A DNA stretch of 64,000 nt from Clostridia bacterium (GCA_900754285.1 CAAECB010000080.1:1797-65796); one strand, 5' to 3'; numbered from the stretch's first letter, positions 31,399 through 41,821 are shown. Numbers and translations: made by a program. Notes: a model not told the origin generated them from the sequence alone.

Positions 31399-34025
31399 TT
31401 ATTTTTTCCTCCATTTCTTCAATTTTATTTTGAAGTTTTTCTATTAATTTTTGTTGTTCTTGTATTGCCTTACAACATAAACTTGTAAATGAATAATTGT
31501 CTACACCTGTATTATCTAGTGATGTTACTTCTTTTGAGTAATTATAATTGTCTCCAATTACAAATCCTAAATGCTTTTTATCTGTATCTTTTTCACTCTT
31601 TAAGTTGTATTTATATATGTCTATATTCTTTATCGTTTCAATTGCATTATCTTCTAATTTTTCAAAGTTTTTCTTTTTTCTTTCTAATGATGTTTGTGTT
31701 ATTATTGGTGAACTTATTTCATTAGGTAGCATTGAGGAATTTCCTGTCCCTATATAATTTGACATCATAGCTGATCTTTCATCACCCTTATTTACACCTA
31801 TAACATCTGAAACCATATAAGCCATGTACGATACATCTTTAGATGAATCTTGGAATACTCTCACACCATCTAGTGTTGTATTTCCCCACATTTTAAGATT
31901 TCCTCCCTCAATTTTAGCACTGTCCATAGTTGCATTTTTACACGACATATTTCCATCTTTATCCACATTGAAATTATTACTTTTTATGGTTGTATTATCT
32001 CCTGTTAGATTTATTTCTTTTCCGTTTAAGGCTGATTTTATTTGCATCGATTGTAACTGCTTCACTAGATTGATTAATTTTTGAAATAATTTCATCATTT
32101 CCCACCTTCTTACTTACAGTACTTGTGATATTATCTGTTGTTTGTTTTATTTCTGATTTTGTTGTTGTTAATTCTTCTTTTGTAGTATAAGTTTTTGATA
32201 CTGTACTACTGATTTCATCTCCTTTTAAATTTATTGCACTATTCATTTCTGTTGTTGTACTGTAATCTTCCAATTTCTTATTTACAGATAAATTAATTTC
32301 TTGTGCTGTCTGTTTTATTTCACTATCCATTGCTACATTAGTTGCATAAATTTCTGAATATTCACTTTTTATAGCCCCTTTAGCTGATATTTCTGCATCA
32401 TAATTCTTTATTGATAATGTATTGTTCCCTTCTTCAAGTAATATTTCAATTGTTCCTAAATCCTCTGTGATAACTTCATCTTTTATTGTTCCATCTTCAT
32501 TTATTCTTCTAATAACTTGTGCTTTTCCTTCTTTTAGTACATACTCATCATATACTGTTCCATTTTGCCTTAATGGTTCTTGTACATTCAGTTCATATTC
32601 CTTGCTTTTACCGTCCTGGTCCTTTATTACTATTAAGCTATCTCCCTTTAGATATAAGTCATCACTTAAATATAAATCATCACTTAATTTTAAAGATTCA
32701 AATACTGTATTATTTCCTTTTATGTGTAATTCTAATAAATTCCCTTTTATACAATTTTCTAATGATATTGTTGTTATTCCTTCTATGCTTCTAGTTAAGT
32801 CTGCTATACTTGATACTTTATCTGTTATACTATCTAATGTTTGTTCATGCTCTGTTAGTTTTTCTTCATGTTCTGTTGTTTCTTGTACTAGTTGTGATAT
32901 TTTTCCTTCTATTTGGTCTATATTACTTTGCACTCTTCTGTTCAAAACCTTTTGACTTTCTTTTTTAATTGTAGTTTCTTGTTTTTGTTTGGTGCTTATT
33001 GCACTTTTTATATCAGCTATAAATCTTGTTTGATAATCTAATTCTCCTTGATATATTACTGGCTTTCCATCTATAATAATTTTATCTCCTACATCTAGTG
33101 CTGGATCTATTATCGTTTTTCCCTCAAAGCTATTCGCTGTTAAATCTTTTACCTGATTGTAAATATTTTGAATTTGATTTGCTGTTGTAATAAACATATT
33201 TTCTTGATTTATCCATAGATTATTTCTAGTTGTATCTCCATATTTATAACTTCTAACACCATCCTCGTATGATAACTTAGATACTTGAAATTCCTCTCCC
33301 CATTTATAGCTTCCAAACAATTCTAACGGTATTTCTTGTTCATCCTGATATATTCTTCTTATATACAGTTTTCCATCTCTGCCTATAAAAGCAAATCCTC
33401 CAGCACTTTCTGCAATATATCCTATATATTCTCTGGCACTTACTGTATTATCATATACTGCTATTTTTTCATCACAATTCAAAAAAGAAGTAGAACCTAA
33501 TTCTACTCCTGCTTTTAAGCATATTCCTTTTAATACCTCTAATAAAGTTGCTGGATATGTTAAACTACTTCCATCGTAATTAAACTCAAATTTTGACATA
33601 TTATCAATACATTTTATAGTTAATGTATTATCGTCATTTTCTTTATACTCATCTATATTAAATATTCCTATTGGTATTATTTCATATTCTCCATTGTTTT
33701 TAGTTAAACTTTTTACTTTTATTCCTTTTAGCTTTCCTAATAACATTGAATTAACTTGCTTTACTGTTAAACTACTATCTATTAATATTCCATAATCTAC
33801 TTTTACCTTTTTCATATTTTGAGGCATTTTTTCTTTATATATTTTAAATTCTATATATTTACTAGTTGTACTTCCTAATTCCAAGTTTTCTTCAAATAGT
33901 GTTTGCCCTACCTTAAAGTCCAAAACATAATCTGGATTAATTAATACGTCATCTATATAAATATTTAATATGCTTTGTACATTTTTATATATGTTTTCTT
34001 TCCATTTTTGACTTGTATTATACAT
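31385..34025 (-). CDS. tail tip/minor structural protein; the C-terminal 212-aa module is reached only by a +1 shift at CGG 32024-32022
   Basis: Track ORFs 31995-34025 and 31385-32098 overlap. 0 frame: ..DANKISLK-R-KRNKSNRR*. +1 frame: ..GKEINLTGDNTTIKS... C-terminal part ends with an S74-type intramolecular-chaperone-like segment (DIYKYNLKSEKDTDKKHLGFVI..coiled coil). Confidence 0.7.
32022..32024 (-). other. in-frame CGG codon = candidate +1 recoding site (tail protein)
   Basis: Coding strand ctt aaa CGG aaa aga. 0-frame stop 8 codons later. The +1 frame continues for 212 codons. Confidence 0.7.
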
Positions 34026-34036
34026 TTCAAGCCCTC

Positions 34037-34447
34037 CTACGCATTTGATACTGTCTGTTTTTGCTGTACTGTTAATTCTTTTTGCATTAGATTAAAAGAC
34101 ACTTTCCATTTTGATTTGGAAGTGTCTTCGTCATTACCTGTTTTGTGCATTTCACTTGTTCTTTTACTTACTCTAAATTTTGCATTTTCTAGCATTCCAC
34201 CTTTTACTGATGGGCACTTTACTGTTACTATTAGAGGATTTCTATATGTTAATTGTAATAGTTTTTCTGCTTCTTCCTCTGTTAAGTAATCCCATGTCAT
34301 TTCTAATTTAAGCATTCCTACAGCTATTGGATTGTCTATTAATGCTCCTGTTACTTTTGATGTATAACTATCATTGTCTGTGTCTTCTATATTGTCTTTA
34401 TATGTGCTTGGCGTTTTTTGTACTACACCATCTACTTTCCATAACAT
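34037..34447 (-). CDS. tail component downstream of tape measure (distal-tail-protein position)
   Basis: ORF track; called by position only. Confidence 0.4.
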   Translation of the reverse strand: MLWKVDGVVQKTPSTYKDNIEDTDNDSYTSKVTGALIDNPIAVGMLKLEMTWDYLTEEEAEKLLQLTYRNPLIVTVKCPSVKGGMLENAKFRVSKRTSEMHKTGNDEDTSKSKWKVSFNLMQKELTVQQKQTVSNA

Positions 34448-34450
34448 ATT

Positions 34451-37318
34451 TTACCCTCCTACTAATGCTTCTATATCTTTTCCTGTTCTTCTTGCTCTGT
34501 CTCTTAAATCTTCTAATAAAATTTGTCCTAGTTTTTGATTTCCTACGTTTACCGTTAAATATATTGGTCTATCATTGTTACTTCCACTATAATTAGATAA
34601 TACATCTTCAAATGTATCTCTCATTATATTCTGTGGTGTAACAATTTCTGGGTTCGTTTTAGCTCCTGAATATTCACCAGCTAATACTGTTGTCGCTTCT
34701 GTTAGAACTCCACCTTTTGCTAGTCTTGGTAATGTTACACTTGGTATCAAATTTATATTAAATCCAAAAGTTTTTCCTCCTAATCCAGGTACCCAGTCTG
34801 GAATATCAAATTTTAATCTATTTAATGTTTTTATAACTGCATTAACGCCCTTTACAATTCCATTTGCCATTCCTTCTATTCCACCTAAAATAGAATTTAT
34901 AATGTTTTTGATTGTATTCCATATACCATTAAATATATTTGTTACTATTGTCTTAAGTCCTGTCCAAATAGTATTCCATATTGTTTTAATTCCATTTAAT
35001 ACATTTAATATTGTATTTTTTATTCCATTTATAACATTTGATATTGTACTTTTTATAGCATTCCATACTGTTGAAATCACACTTTTTATTCCATTCCAAA
35101 TATTACTAAAGAATGTTGCTATTGCATTAAATACTGTTTTCACTATGTTTAATATTCCATTCCACAAATTACTTAAGAAATCTTTAATTCCATTCCATAC
35201 TGTATTTATTTTGTCCATAATACTATTCCATAGATTAATAAAAAATTCCTTAATCCCATTCCATACATTCTTTATAGTATCACATATTTTTTGCCACAAA
35301 TTTTTGAAGAACTCTGCTATTTTGTTCCATATTTCTTCTGCTTTTTGTTTTATCCAATCCCATGTATCTTTTATAGCTTTTGTTACAGTATCCCAATTCA
35401 TTATAGCTACTACAATTAACGCTATAACAGCAATAATTGCTACAATAATAGCAACTAACCAGCCTATACTAATTCCAAATGCTGTCGATACTGCCGTTGC
35501 TATTGGCATAACAGCATTATAAATTGCCATAGCAGTGTTATAAATACTTATTGCTATAGCAATAACTTTTATTGCAACTGCAATGCCTAATAAAAATTCA
35601 GCAACTATTGGATTTTCAACAAACCATTTAAATATATCTACTAATCCATTTAATATATCTAGAGCAATTGTTCCTATATTCTGTCCTATATTAGATAAAG
35701 CATCTATTAATGGTTGCCAATCTATTTCTGCTATTTTTTCTGATATTCCTCTGAATTTGTCTGAACAATTGTTTAACCAATTTTGAAAACCTTCGCTTTT
35801 TACTACATTATTTATTGCTGTTAATAAATTATTAAATGCATTTGCCAAGTTCTGTACTATTGCATCTCCATTACCATTATGATTCCAAGCATTTGAAAAT
35901 GATTCTGCTATGTTCCCTATAATTGCTAAAATTAATTCTAATGATTTATATACAGTTCCGTTTGTAATTATCTTTTCAAAGCTTCCCCATACTGATGATA
36001 TTAAACCTCCAACTTGCCCTGCTGTTACCTTTATTTGTTCCACCAAATCAGGTCCATACTTATTCCAACTATCAACAAGAGGCTTAAAGAAATCATATAA
36101 TTTTTGTGCTAATGTTGACATTTGATTATCTATTCCAGATAAATCAATGCTTGGTGATGCACCACCACCATTTCCACTATCAGAACTATCATTAGATTGT
36201 ACATTATTAATTTCATCATGTATACCCGCTAACTGTTTCGTTTCATTTTTTGTCTTTTTTGCACTTCCAGCCATATCTGAATAAGACTTTGCACTTGCTT
36301 TTGCAAATATGTTTACTTTGAATAGTGCGTAAACAACAGATTGTATAGCTTTCATTAATTGATATACTAAGTTAGTTACATATTGAATTACAGGAGCAAA
36401 TGCTGAACCCATCGCATATTTCATATAATCAATATTCGCACTTAATTGTTTAGCACCAGCATTTTGGCTTGATAACCATTTACTAGCACAACCACTTAAA
36501 GCACTATAAATACCTTGCAACGAAAAAAGTGCACCAGCATATTTTAAAATATGTCCTAGTCCACTTTTAAATCTAACACCAATACCTTTTATATGATTAT
36601 TAATATTTTGTGTTACTTTTGAAAATTTTTGTCCTATTGCTGGTAACTTACTAAAAATATCTTTTATTTTAGAAATACCTGGTTTTGCTTGTTCTATTTT
36701 TTGTTTAAATCCTCCCAAAAAACTACTCAATTTATTTTGAGTAGTTGATGTTTTTGAAGTTTGTTGTTCTAGTTCTGCCATTTTGGATTTTGCACTATTT
36801 AACAATGCATTATATTTTTCAATTTCATTATTCAATTTATCACTTTGCTTAACTAAACTTTGATAATTTGTATTATTATCTAATTTTTTATATGTTTCTT
36901 GCTTTATTTGTTTATTTCCAGCTTCTGGCATTTCTTTTATTACTGATTGATTTGTATCATATCTTATTTTGTCTAATGCATTATTTGTAACATCTAACTT
37001 TAATTGTCGACTAGTTATTTTCTTTTGTAGACTATCTATTTCTTTTTCTATTTGTGTAATTTGTTTCTGTGCATCTTTATTATTTACTTTTATTGCAATT
37101 TCACTATTTTCTGAACTTTTTTTGAAATCTTCCATCTTCTTTTTCATAAAATTAACTGCTTGATGTAACTTGTTTGTCATTGCTTTTGTATCCACTTTTG
37201 AAAAAGCATCTTGTGCTTGTTTCATTGATTGTTTTATTGCTGGTATTATCTTTTGAAATTCTTTCAATGCTTCTTCTACTTTTGCAGTTACAATTATTTC
37301 TATTTCTTCTACTTTCAT
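34451..37318 (-). CDS. tape measure protein (start at M12, RBS aaaggagga)
   Basis: ~955 aa. N-terminal coiled coils, central TM cluster, C-terminal run of ~11-aa W/F repeats (NLWNGI, NIWNGIK, TVWNAIK..). Confidence 0.85.
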   Translation of the reverse strand: MKVEEIEIIVTAKVEEALKEFQKIIPAIKQSMKQAQDAFSKVDTKAMTNKLHQAVNFMKKKMEDFKKSSENSEIAIKVNNKDAQKQITQIEKEIDSLQKKITSRQLKLDVTNNALDKIRYDTNQSVIKEMPEAGNKQIKQETYKKLDNNTNYQSLVKQSDKLNNEIEKYNALLNSAKSKMAELEQQTSKTSTTQNKLSSFLGGFKQKIEQAKPGISKIKDIFSKLPAIGQKFSKVTQNINNHIKGIGVRFKSGLGHILKYAGALFSLQGIYSALSGCASKWLSSQNAGAKQLSANIDYMKYAMGSAFAPVIQYVTNLVYQLMKAIQSVVYALFKVNIFAKASAKSYSDMAGSAKKTKNETKQLAGIHDEINNVQSNDSSDSGNGGGASPSIDLSGIDNQMSTLAQKLYDFFKPLVDSWNKYGPDLVEQIKVTAGQVGGLISSVWGSFEKIITNGTVYKSLELILAIIGNIAESFSNAWNHNGNGDAIVQNLANAFNNLLTAINNVVKSEGFQNWLNNCSDKFRGISEKIAEIDWQPLIDALSNIGQNIGTIALDILNGLVDIFKWFVENPIVAEFLLGIAVAIKVIAIAISIYNTAMAIYNAVMPIATAVSTAFGISIGWLVAIIVAIIAVIALIVVAIMNWDTVTKAIKDTWDWIKQKAEEIWNKIAEFFKNLWQKICDTIKNVWNGIKEFFINLWNSIMDKINTVWNGIKDFLSNLWNGILNIVKTVFNAIATFFSNIWNGIKSVISTVWNAIKSTISNVINGIKNTILNVLNGIKTIWNTIWTGLKTIVTNIFNGIWNTIKNIINSILGGIEGMANGIVKGVNAVIKTLNRLKFDIPDWVPGLGGKTFGFNINLIPSVTLPRLAKGGVLTEATTVLAGEYSGAKTNPEIVTPQNIMRDTFEDVLSNYSGSNNDRPIYLTVNVGNQKLGQILLEDLRDRARRTGKDIEALVGG

Positions 37319-37352
37319 TATTATCCTCCTTTCTTTTTTTATATTTAACATA

Positions 37353-37380
37353 ATAAAAAAACACCTACTCTATGTAAGTG
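37353..37380 (-). terminator. rho-independent terminator closing the nuclease cassette
   Basis: Minus strand cacttac-ataga-gtaggtg (one G-U) followed by ttttttt. Overlaps the stop codon at 37370. Confidence 0.7.
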
Positions 37381-38329
37381 TCTTCGTTTTATTCTTTTCT
37401 ATCATATTTTGTAATGTATCTCTGTCCCATAATATTATTCCTGTGACTTTAGCAAGTTTTTGAGCATTATATGTAAATTTACTATTAGTTAATACAACTG
37501 CAATATTGCAACCATAATAATCTTTGCCAGACATAGCTTCTTGAATAGCATCATTTCCAACTTTTCCATTATACCTTTTACATTGTATTGCATATTTTAC
37601 TTTATCTTTTTCTGCAATAATATCTATTCCATAGTCTATGCTTTTGGGTGTATTTATAACATTTTCATATCCATTAAATCTTAATAATTTAACACAAAAT
37701 TCTTCAAATTCAAATCCATCAAGATTATCTATTAATCTAAAATCGCATTTATTTATAAAATCTATTTTTTCTTTTTCTGATTTTATTTTACTATTTAGAA
37801 TTTCTAGTTCTTTTTGTAATTTTTCTTTTTCTTTTTTTAAAGTATTATTTTTATTTGATAATATGTCAAATGTCCTTTCTTCTCCTTTTATTGCTCTATT
37901 GATAATGTCTTCGTGTTCAGTAATTTGTTCTAATCTATTCTTTTTATCTTCTAATTTTATTATTTCTACACGAATTTTATTTTTATTTTTAATTAGTTGA
38001 TTAATATTTTCTTGGTATTTACTAATTAGACTAAGAATTTCTTGGTTATTATTTATATATTTCTTAATTTCTTCTTTGTTTACTTCTAAATCTCTAATCT
38101 CAAATTCTAGTCTTTCTTTAATTTTATGTAATTTAATAATTTCTTTTATTATTGGTTTTCCAAGAATTTGGACTACAACTTTTCTTTCCCATAAAAAACA
38201 TATAGTAAAAATTATGAAGAAAAATAAAAAAATTGGGAAACTATTATTTATAAAGAGTGTACTTATTAATAAATTTAACAATCCCAATAATAAAACTAAT
38301 TTTTCTTTTGTATTATGATTATTCTTCAA
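37370..38329 (-). CDS. membrane-anchored coiled-coil protein with C-terminal Mrr-type (PD-(D/E)xK) restriction-endonuclease domain
   Basis: Two N-terminal TM helices (LVLLLGLLNLLISTLF, IFLFFFIIFTICFLW), ~150 aa of K/E-rich heptads, then FEEFCVKLL..GYENV..SIDYGIDIIAEKD..KYAIQCKRY, the Mrr_cat D..D..QxK pattern. Confidence 0.7.
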   Translation of the reverse strand: MKNNHNTKEKLVLLLGLLNLLISTLFINNSFPIFLFFFIIFTICFLWERKVVVQILGKPIIKEIIKLHKIKERLEFEIRDLEVNKEEIKKYINNNQEILSLISKYQENINQLIKNKNKIRVEIIKLEDKKNRLEQITEHEDIINRAIKGEERTFDILSNKNNTLKKEKEKLQKELEILNSKIKSEKEKIDFINKCDFRLIDNLDGFEFEEFCVKLLRFNGYENVINTPKSIDYGIDIIAEKDKVKYAIQCKRYNGKVGNDAIQEAMSGKDYYGCNIAVVLTNSKFTYNAQKLAKVTGIILWDRDTLQNMIEKNKTKTLT

Positions 38330-38344
38330 TTCATCAACTCCATT

Positions 38345-38635
38345 TTATCTATATACTATTAATGTTCTTATTAAAAAAGCACTACCCATTGATTGAAACA
38401 TAGTATTGTCTATTTTTATATCTATAATTTCATATCCATTTGATTGCATTTTTTCAATTATATTATTAATTTGAATAGTATACTTATTTTCACACTCTAA
38501 TCCGTTTGTTGTTGATTTTGACATTGTATTAAGCATTATTATGTGCTTTTTTCCATCTTTTTGCTTAAGATATTTTTCTATATTTTTATATAAATTTTCA
38601 GTAGAATTTTCATACCCTTTATCAAATAATCCCAT
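38345..38635 (-). CDS. small hypothetical protein, first gene of the nuclease cassette
   Basis: 96 aa. RBS atggaggtt. 15-nt gap to the nuclease gene. No family recognised. Confidence 0.5.
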   Translation of the reverse strand: MGLFDKGYENSTENLYKNIEKYLKQKDGKKHIIMLNTMSKSTTNGLECENKYTIQINNIIEKMQSNGYEIIDIKIDNTMFQSMGSAFLIRTLIVYR

Positions 38636-38667
38636 ATTAAAACCTCCATTTCATTTATTATAAATAA

Positions 38668-38711
38668 ATTATAGCACTTTCAATTATGCTTTTTTGTCGA
38701 ATGTTGTCGAA
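38668..38711 (-). promoter_or_regulatory. cassette promoter with tandem TTGTCGAA boxes
   Basis: Minus strand TGcTATAAT (TATAAT = 38673-38668). Upstream, plus-strand TTGTCGAA at 38694-38701 and 38704-38711 (10-bp period). Confidence 0.55.
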
Positions 38712-38723
38712 AATAATATTTTT

Positions 38724-39050
38724 TTAATTTTTTTCTGATTTCATTATTCCTCTCATTCTTCTTATAATTTCTTCTGGAGACTGTATTTGCTGTTCTTCCT
38801 CATTAAATAGCTCTTTGTAGTTATCTCTAATCAGTATTATTTTTGGATTCTTACTCATACTATCTGCTCTTATAAGTTTATTTGTTACCGCTTCTTGTAA
38901 GTTAATTTCACGTTTTAAGTCATCTATTATTTTTATTAGATGAGATTGACAGTACACATTTATTTCTAAATATCTACTATTCCAAAACTCATATGGTTTC
39001 ATATCAAAATAATAAGCTAATCTTTCCATTGAATATATCAATTCAATCAA
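38724..39050 (-). CDS. tail assembly chaperone-like (T-part position); its frame stays open upstream, -1 relative to the preceding gene
   Basis: Position between the G-like gene and the tape measure. The -1 frame is open across the stop of 39086-39547. Confidence 0.45.
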   Translation of the reverse strand: MIELIYSMERLAYYFDMKPYEFWNSRYLEINVYCQSHLIKIIDDLKREINLQEAVTNKLIRADSMSKNPKIILIRDNYKELFNEEEQQIQSPEEIIRRMRGIMKSEKN

Positions 39051-39085
39051 ATTATTAGATTCTTTGATTTTTTCTACTATTTCAT

Positions 39086-39547
39086 TTAAGCCTCGTAGCC
39101 TTGAAATCCTTGTTCTTGGAATTGTTTCTCTGCTATTTTGCTCATTGCACTTTCTGCTGATTTTTGAACTAATTCGTTCATATTCATTGTTGATAAAGGA
39201 TTTGAGGTCATTTCTTTTAATTCTTTCTTGCTCATTTTCTTTTTGAAAAAACCCTCTTCATTCAATGCCTCTGCAATCTTAGCATATAATTCACTTATAG
39301 TTATTCCTTCTGCTCTACAATCATCTATAAAATCATATACTTCATCTGATGAATTAAATGCACTTTCTCCATTCTCGTTTTCTGCTAACTTAAATATTAT
39401 TTTTGTTAAAGCTTCTCCATCTAATATTGAATATGCTTTTACAAATGCTTCTTCAAAGTTTTTGTTTTTTAGTAGATTAGCTATATCTACTATTTTTCTT
39501 GTTTTTAGTACTAAATTAATATTTTTATTTTTTGTTTCTATTATCAT
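39086..39547 (-). CDS. tail assembly chaperone (G-like)
   Basis: 153 aa, acidic. Sits directly after the major tail protein. Confidence 0.5.
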   Translation of the reverse strand: MIIETKNKNINLVLKTRKIVDIANLLKNKNFEEAFVKAYSILDGEALTKIIFKLAENENGESAFNSSDEVYDFIDDCRAEGITISELYAKIAEALNEEGFFKKKMSKKELKEMTSNPLSTMNMNELVQKSAESAMSKIAEKQFQEQGFQGYEA

Positions 39548-39652
39548 TTTATTTCTCTCCTTTGCAAAAGAGAGAAGGCCTAAGCCTCCTCAGTATTTTC
39601 TTCTATTGTGCTAGTAATTTTCTTTGTTCTACTCCTAGCACTTAATGTAGAA

Positions 39653-40117
39653 CTATTCTGTGGGAAAGCCTTTGCTTTCTTGTATTTCTGAACTTCTATA
39701 GATTGTTAATTTTGTTTTTAACATATCATCTAGAGCAATTTCACTCATTCCTACAAAGCATGTTCCTGTGAAATACCATGTAATTGGTTTTCCAGATTCT
39801 GATGCTGTACTTTCTGGTAGTTGTATTGCCCAATATCCATTTGTTTTGGCTGTTTGCACAGCTTTTAATTCATCATATTGATCTTCTTTAAATAATATTT
39901 CTATTTCTAAATTTTCTGCTTTTTGTCTTCCTTCTGCCATTCTTTCATCAGGAATATCTAAAGCACTATATGTAACCCCTTCTGGAGCCTTTAGAAACTC
40001 TGGTATACTTTGTACAAAAGCAATTTGCTTTCTTTTTGATGCTGATTTTAAATCTTCTAATGTATCAGCATGAAATAATTTAGTCATTGTACTTGTTTTT
40101 GGTTCTGACATCTTCAA
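39653..40117 (-). CDS. major tail protein
   Basis: 154 aa. Called from position and size in the siphovirus tail module. Confidence 0.6.
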   Translation of the reverse strand: MKMSEPKTSTMTKLFHADTLEDLKSASKRKQIAFVQSIPEFLKAPEGVTYSALDIPDERMAEGRQKAENLEIEILFKEDQYDELKAVQTAKTNGYWAIQLPESTASESGKPITWYFTGTCFVGMSEIALDDMLKTKLTIYRSSEIQESKGFPTE

Positions 40118-40126
40118 TTCCTCCTA

Positions 40127-40513
40127 TTATCTTATAAAATTAAAAGAGGTTGTTATTGAATTATAACTAACCTCAAATGTTATTGTTATACCGTATTTTT
40201 GCAATATAGAGTCATATACTGCAGGGCTGGTATTTGTCCTTATAAAATTTAATTCTTGAAGCTTTTTATCAACTTCATCTGTCATTTTCATTGCTTGGCG
40301 TTGCTTTTCGTTCCAACAAGTTATTGATATCTGGAATGTAGATTTAATCGGAAATGCATTCTCTGTTAAATTTACTGATTTTAAAGGTGTATGTAACTCT
40401 AAGCAAGGAAATGTACTTGTAGTAGTTGGATTTGTTAATATTTGCTTATACTTTAATATCTCTAGTTTCTCATATACTAAATCACTAAACTCTAATTCAC
40501 TTAAATCTTTCAT
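40127..40513 (-). CDS. tail terminator / head-tail joining protein (by position)
   Basis: ORF track. ATG overlaps the stop of the upstream gp10-like gene (TAATG). Confidence 0.4.
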   Translation of the reverse strand: MKDLSELEFSDLVYEKLEILKYKQILTNPTTTSTFPCLELHTPLKSVNLTENAFPIKSTFQISITCWNEKQRQAMKMTDEVDKKLQELNFIRTNTSPAVYDSILQKYGITITFEVSYNSITTSFNFIR

Positions 40514-41057
40514 TATTTACAACACTCCTTTAGCATTTCATCTAATTTTTTCTTAACTATTTCTGCATTTTCATTTCTACTTTTAAAACTTGCATCAGTC
40601 ATAAAATGATTAGCTTTTGCTCCGAACTGCCACATAAAATTGTTTTCCACTTATTGTTATAATAGGATAATTTAATGTTCTTCCTACTTTGTCTATAGGT
40701 ATATACCATTCTGTATAACCTGATTCGATAAAGTGTTTTGTTTTCCCTATATGTTCTTGTTCAGCATATTGTCCAGTGCCAAAGTATTCAAACCATAAAT
40801 AAGATTGTCCATTTTCAGTCATAAATTTAGAAGAATCTGCATAAACACGACCGCTTCACTTCTTTAGTAGACATATCAATCATTTCTACTAATATGCCAT
40901 CTTCCTTATGCCCTTTTTCCAACCTTATTGCATAACCTCTAATGTTTTTTAGTACATCTTCTGTTATTATTTGAGCTGTTTTGGGTAATTTTTGAATTAT
41001 AGTATCTATTTTCTTAAAATTATGTTTCACTTTAATATTACAATTGAATTTTATCAC
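40513..41057 (-). CDS. HK97-gp10-like head-tail component needing two +1 shifts at CGG codons
   Basis: Three ORF pieces join as ..STKEVK|GRVYADSSKFMTENGQSYLWFEYFGTGQYAEQ..FYVAV|GAKANHFMTDASFKSRNENAEIVKKKLDEMLKECCK*. The EYFGTG and G.KA..F motifs resemble the gp10 family. The final stop overlaps the next ATG. Confidence 0.7.
40622..40624 (-). other. in-frame CGG codon = candidate +1 recoding site (gp10-like, site 2)
   Basis: Coding strand gca gtt CGG agc aaa agc taa. The +1 frame gga gca aaa gct.. runs to 40513. Confidence 0.7.
40851..40853 (-). other. in-frame CGG codon = candidate +1 recoding site (gp10-like, site 1)
   Basis: Coding strand gtg aag CGG tcg tgt. 0-frame stop 7 codons later. 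The +1 frame ggt cgt gtt tat gca gat.. joins ORF 40610-40822. Confidence 0.7.
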
Positions 41058-41380
41058 TGTACTTTCTCCATTCTATATACATAAGTACTTCCTATTTTAT
41101 TTTTATCTAGTACTCTATATTCTGGAATAAACTTTTCCGATTTTGAGATATCTTCAAATGATATTCCATTTCCTTTTTGTATATCATAATCTCTAGTCGT
41201 ACGACCTTTATATGTACTATAATCCACTTCACCAGTAGACTTTCTATCTAACTCATTGACATCTTGCTGCATATTTAGCCAAGCTAGTCCTTTATATTTC
41301 CATACTTTATTTGACTCACCGTGGTCTTCTATTTCTTTATACTCTGATATATATACTTTTATTAAGTCTCGTAATAACAT
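41054..41380 (-). CDS. head closure / head-tail adaptor protein
   Basis: 108 aa. Position after the connector. Start and stop overlap the neighbouring genes. Confidence 0.5.
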   Translation of the reverse strand: MLLRDLIKVYISEYKEIEDHGESNKVWKYKGLAWLNMQQDVNELDRKSTGEVDYSTYKGRTTRDYDIQKGNGISFEDISKSEKFIPEYRVLDKNKIGSTYVYRMEKVQ

Positions 41381-41685
41381 TATTTAATCCTCCTTAAACC
41401 AGATTTTATAATGTCATTTCTTAACTTATCTATAATATCTTCAAATGATGTTGAAATAGAACCTTCATTTCGACTTGTTAAGCCTTCTGCTCCCCTTGAA
41501 AGATATATTGCTTTTGTTGCTTTCTTTATATATGGAAATAGTTTTGTGTCATCTTTTTGTCTATTAGAAATATCAGAGGCAATAGAACTTACTTCCTCTA
41601 ATATTTCATTTAAGACTTCTTTATCATCTTTATAATTAGCCCCTAAATCAGCTATTATTTTGTCTATATTACTGGTTTCTGCCAT
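41380..41685 (-). CDS. head-tail connector (gp6-like DNA-packaging) protein
   Basis: 101 aa, alpha-helical. Sits directly after the capsid gene. Confidence 0.5.
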   Translation of the reverse strand: MAETSNIDKIIADLGANYKDDKEVLNEILEEVSSIASDISNRQKDDTKLFPYIKKATKAIYLSRGAEGLTSRNEGSISTSFEDIIDKLRNDIIKSGLRRIK

Positions 41686-41702
41686 TTCTATTGCCTCCTT
41701 AA

Positions 41703-41810
41703 TTATTCTTTTTCAGCTTTTGGTTTATCTTCTTTTGTTTCTTTCTTTTCAGCTTTTGGTTTAGCTTCTTTTTCTGCTTTGTTTATTTTTAGTCCTATAA
41801 ATGTTGACAT
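41703..41810 (-). CDS. small Lys/Glu-rich protein (35 aa), below the track's 60-aa display limit
   Basis: Own translation MSTFIGLKINKAEKEAKPKAEKKETKEDKPKAEKE* with RBS ggaggtaaacaa. Confidence 0.45.
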   Translation of the reverse strand: MSTFIGLKINKAEKEAKPKAEKKETKEDKPKAEKE

Positions 41811-41821
41811 TTGTTTACCTC

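Noticed and set aside
34870-35330. Regularly spaced short DNA repeats that might look like a repeat array or CRISPR
   Set aside because: They are in-frame ~11-aa W/F repeats (NLWNGI, NIWNGIK, TVWNAIK) of the tape measure protein. There are no unique spacers, no leader and no cas genes anywhere in the window.
37152-37364. 70-aa ORF overlapping the tape measure 5' end
   Set aside because: It is out of frame within the tape measure gene, has basic low-complexity sequence and no RBS.
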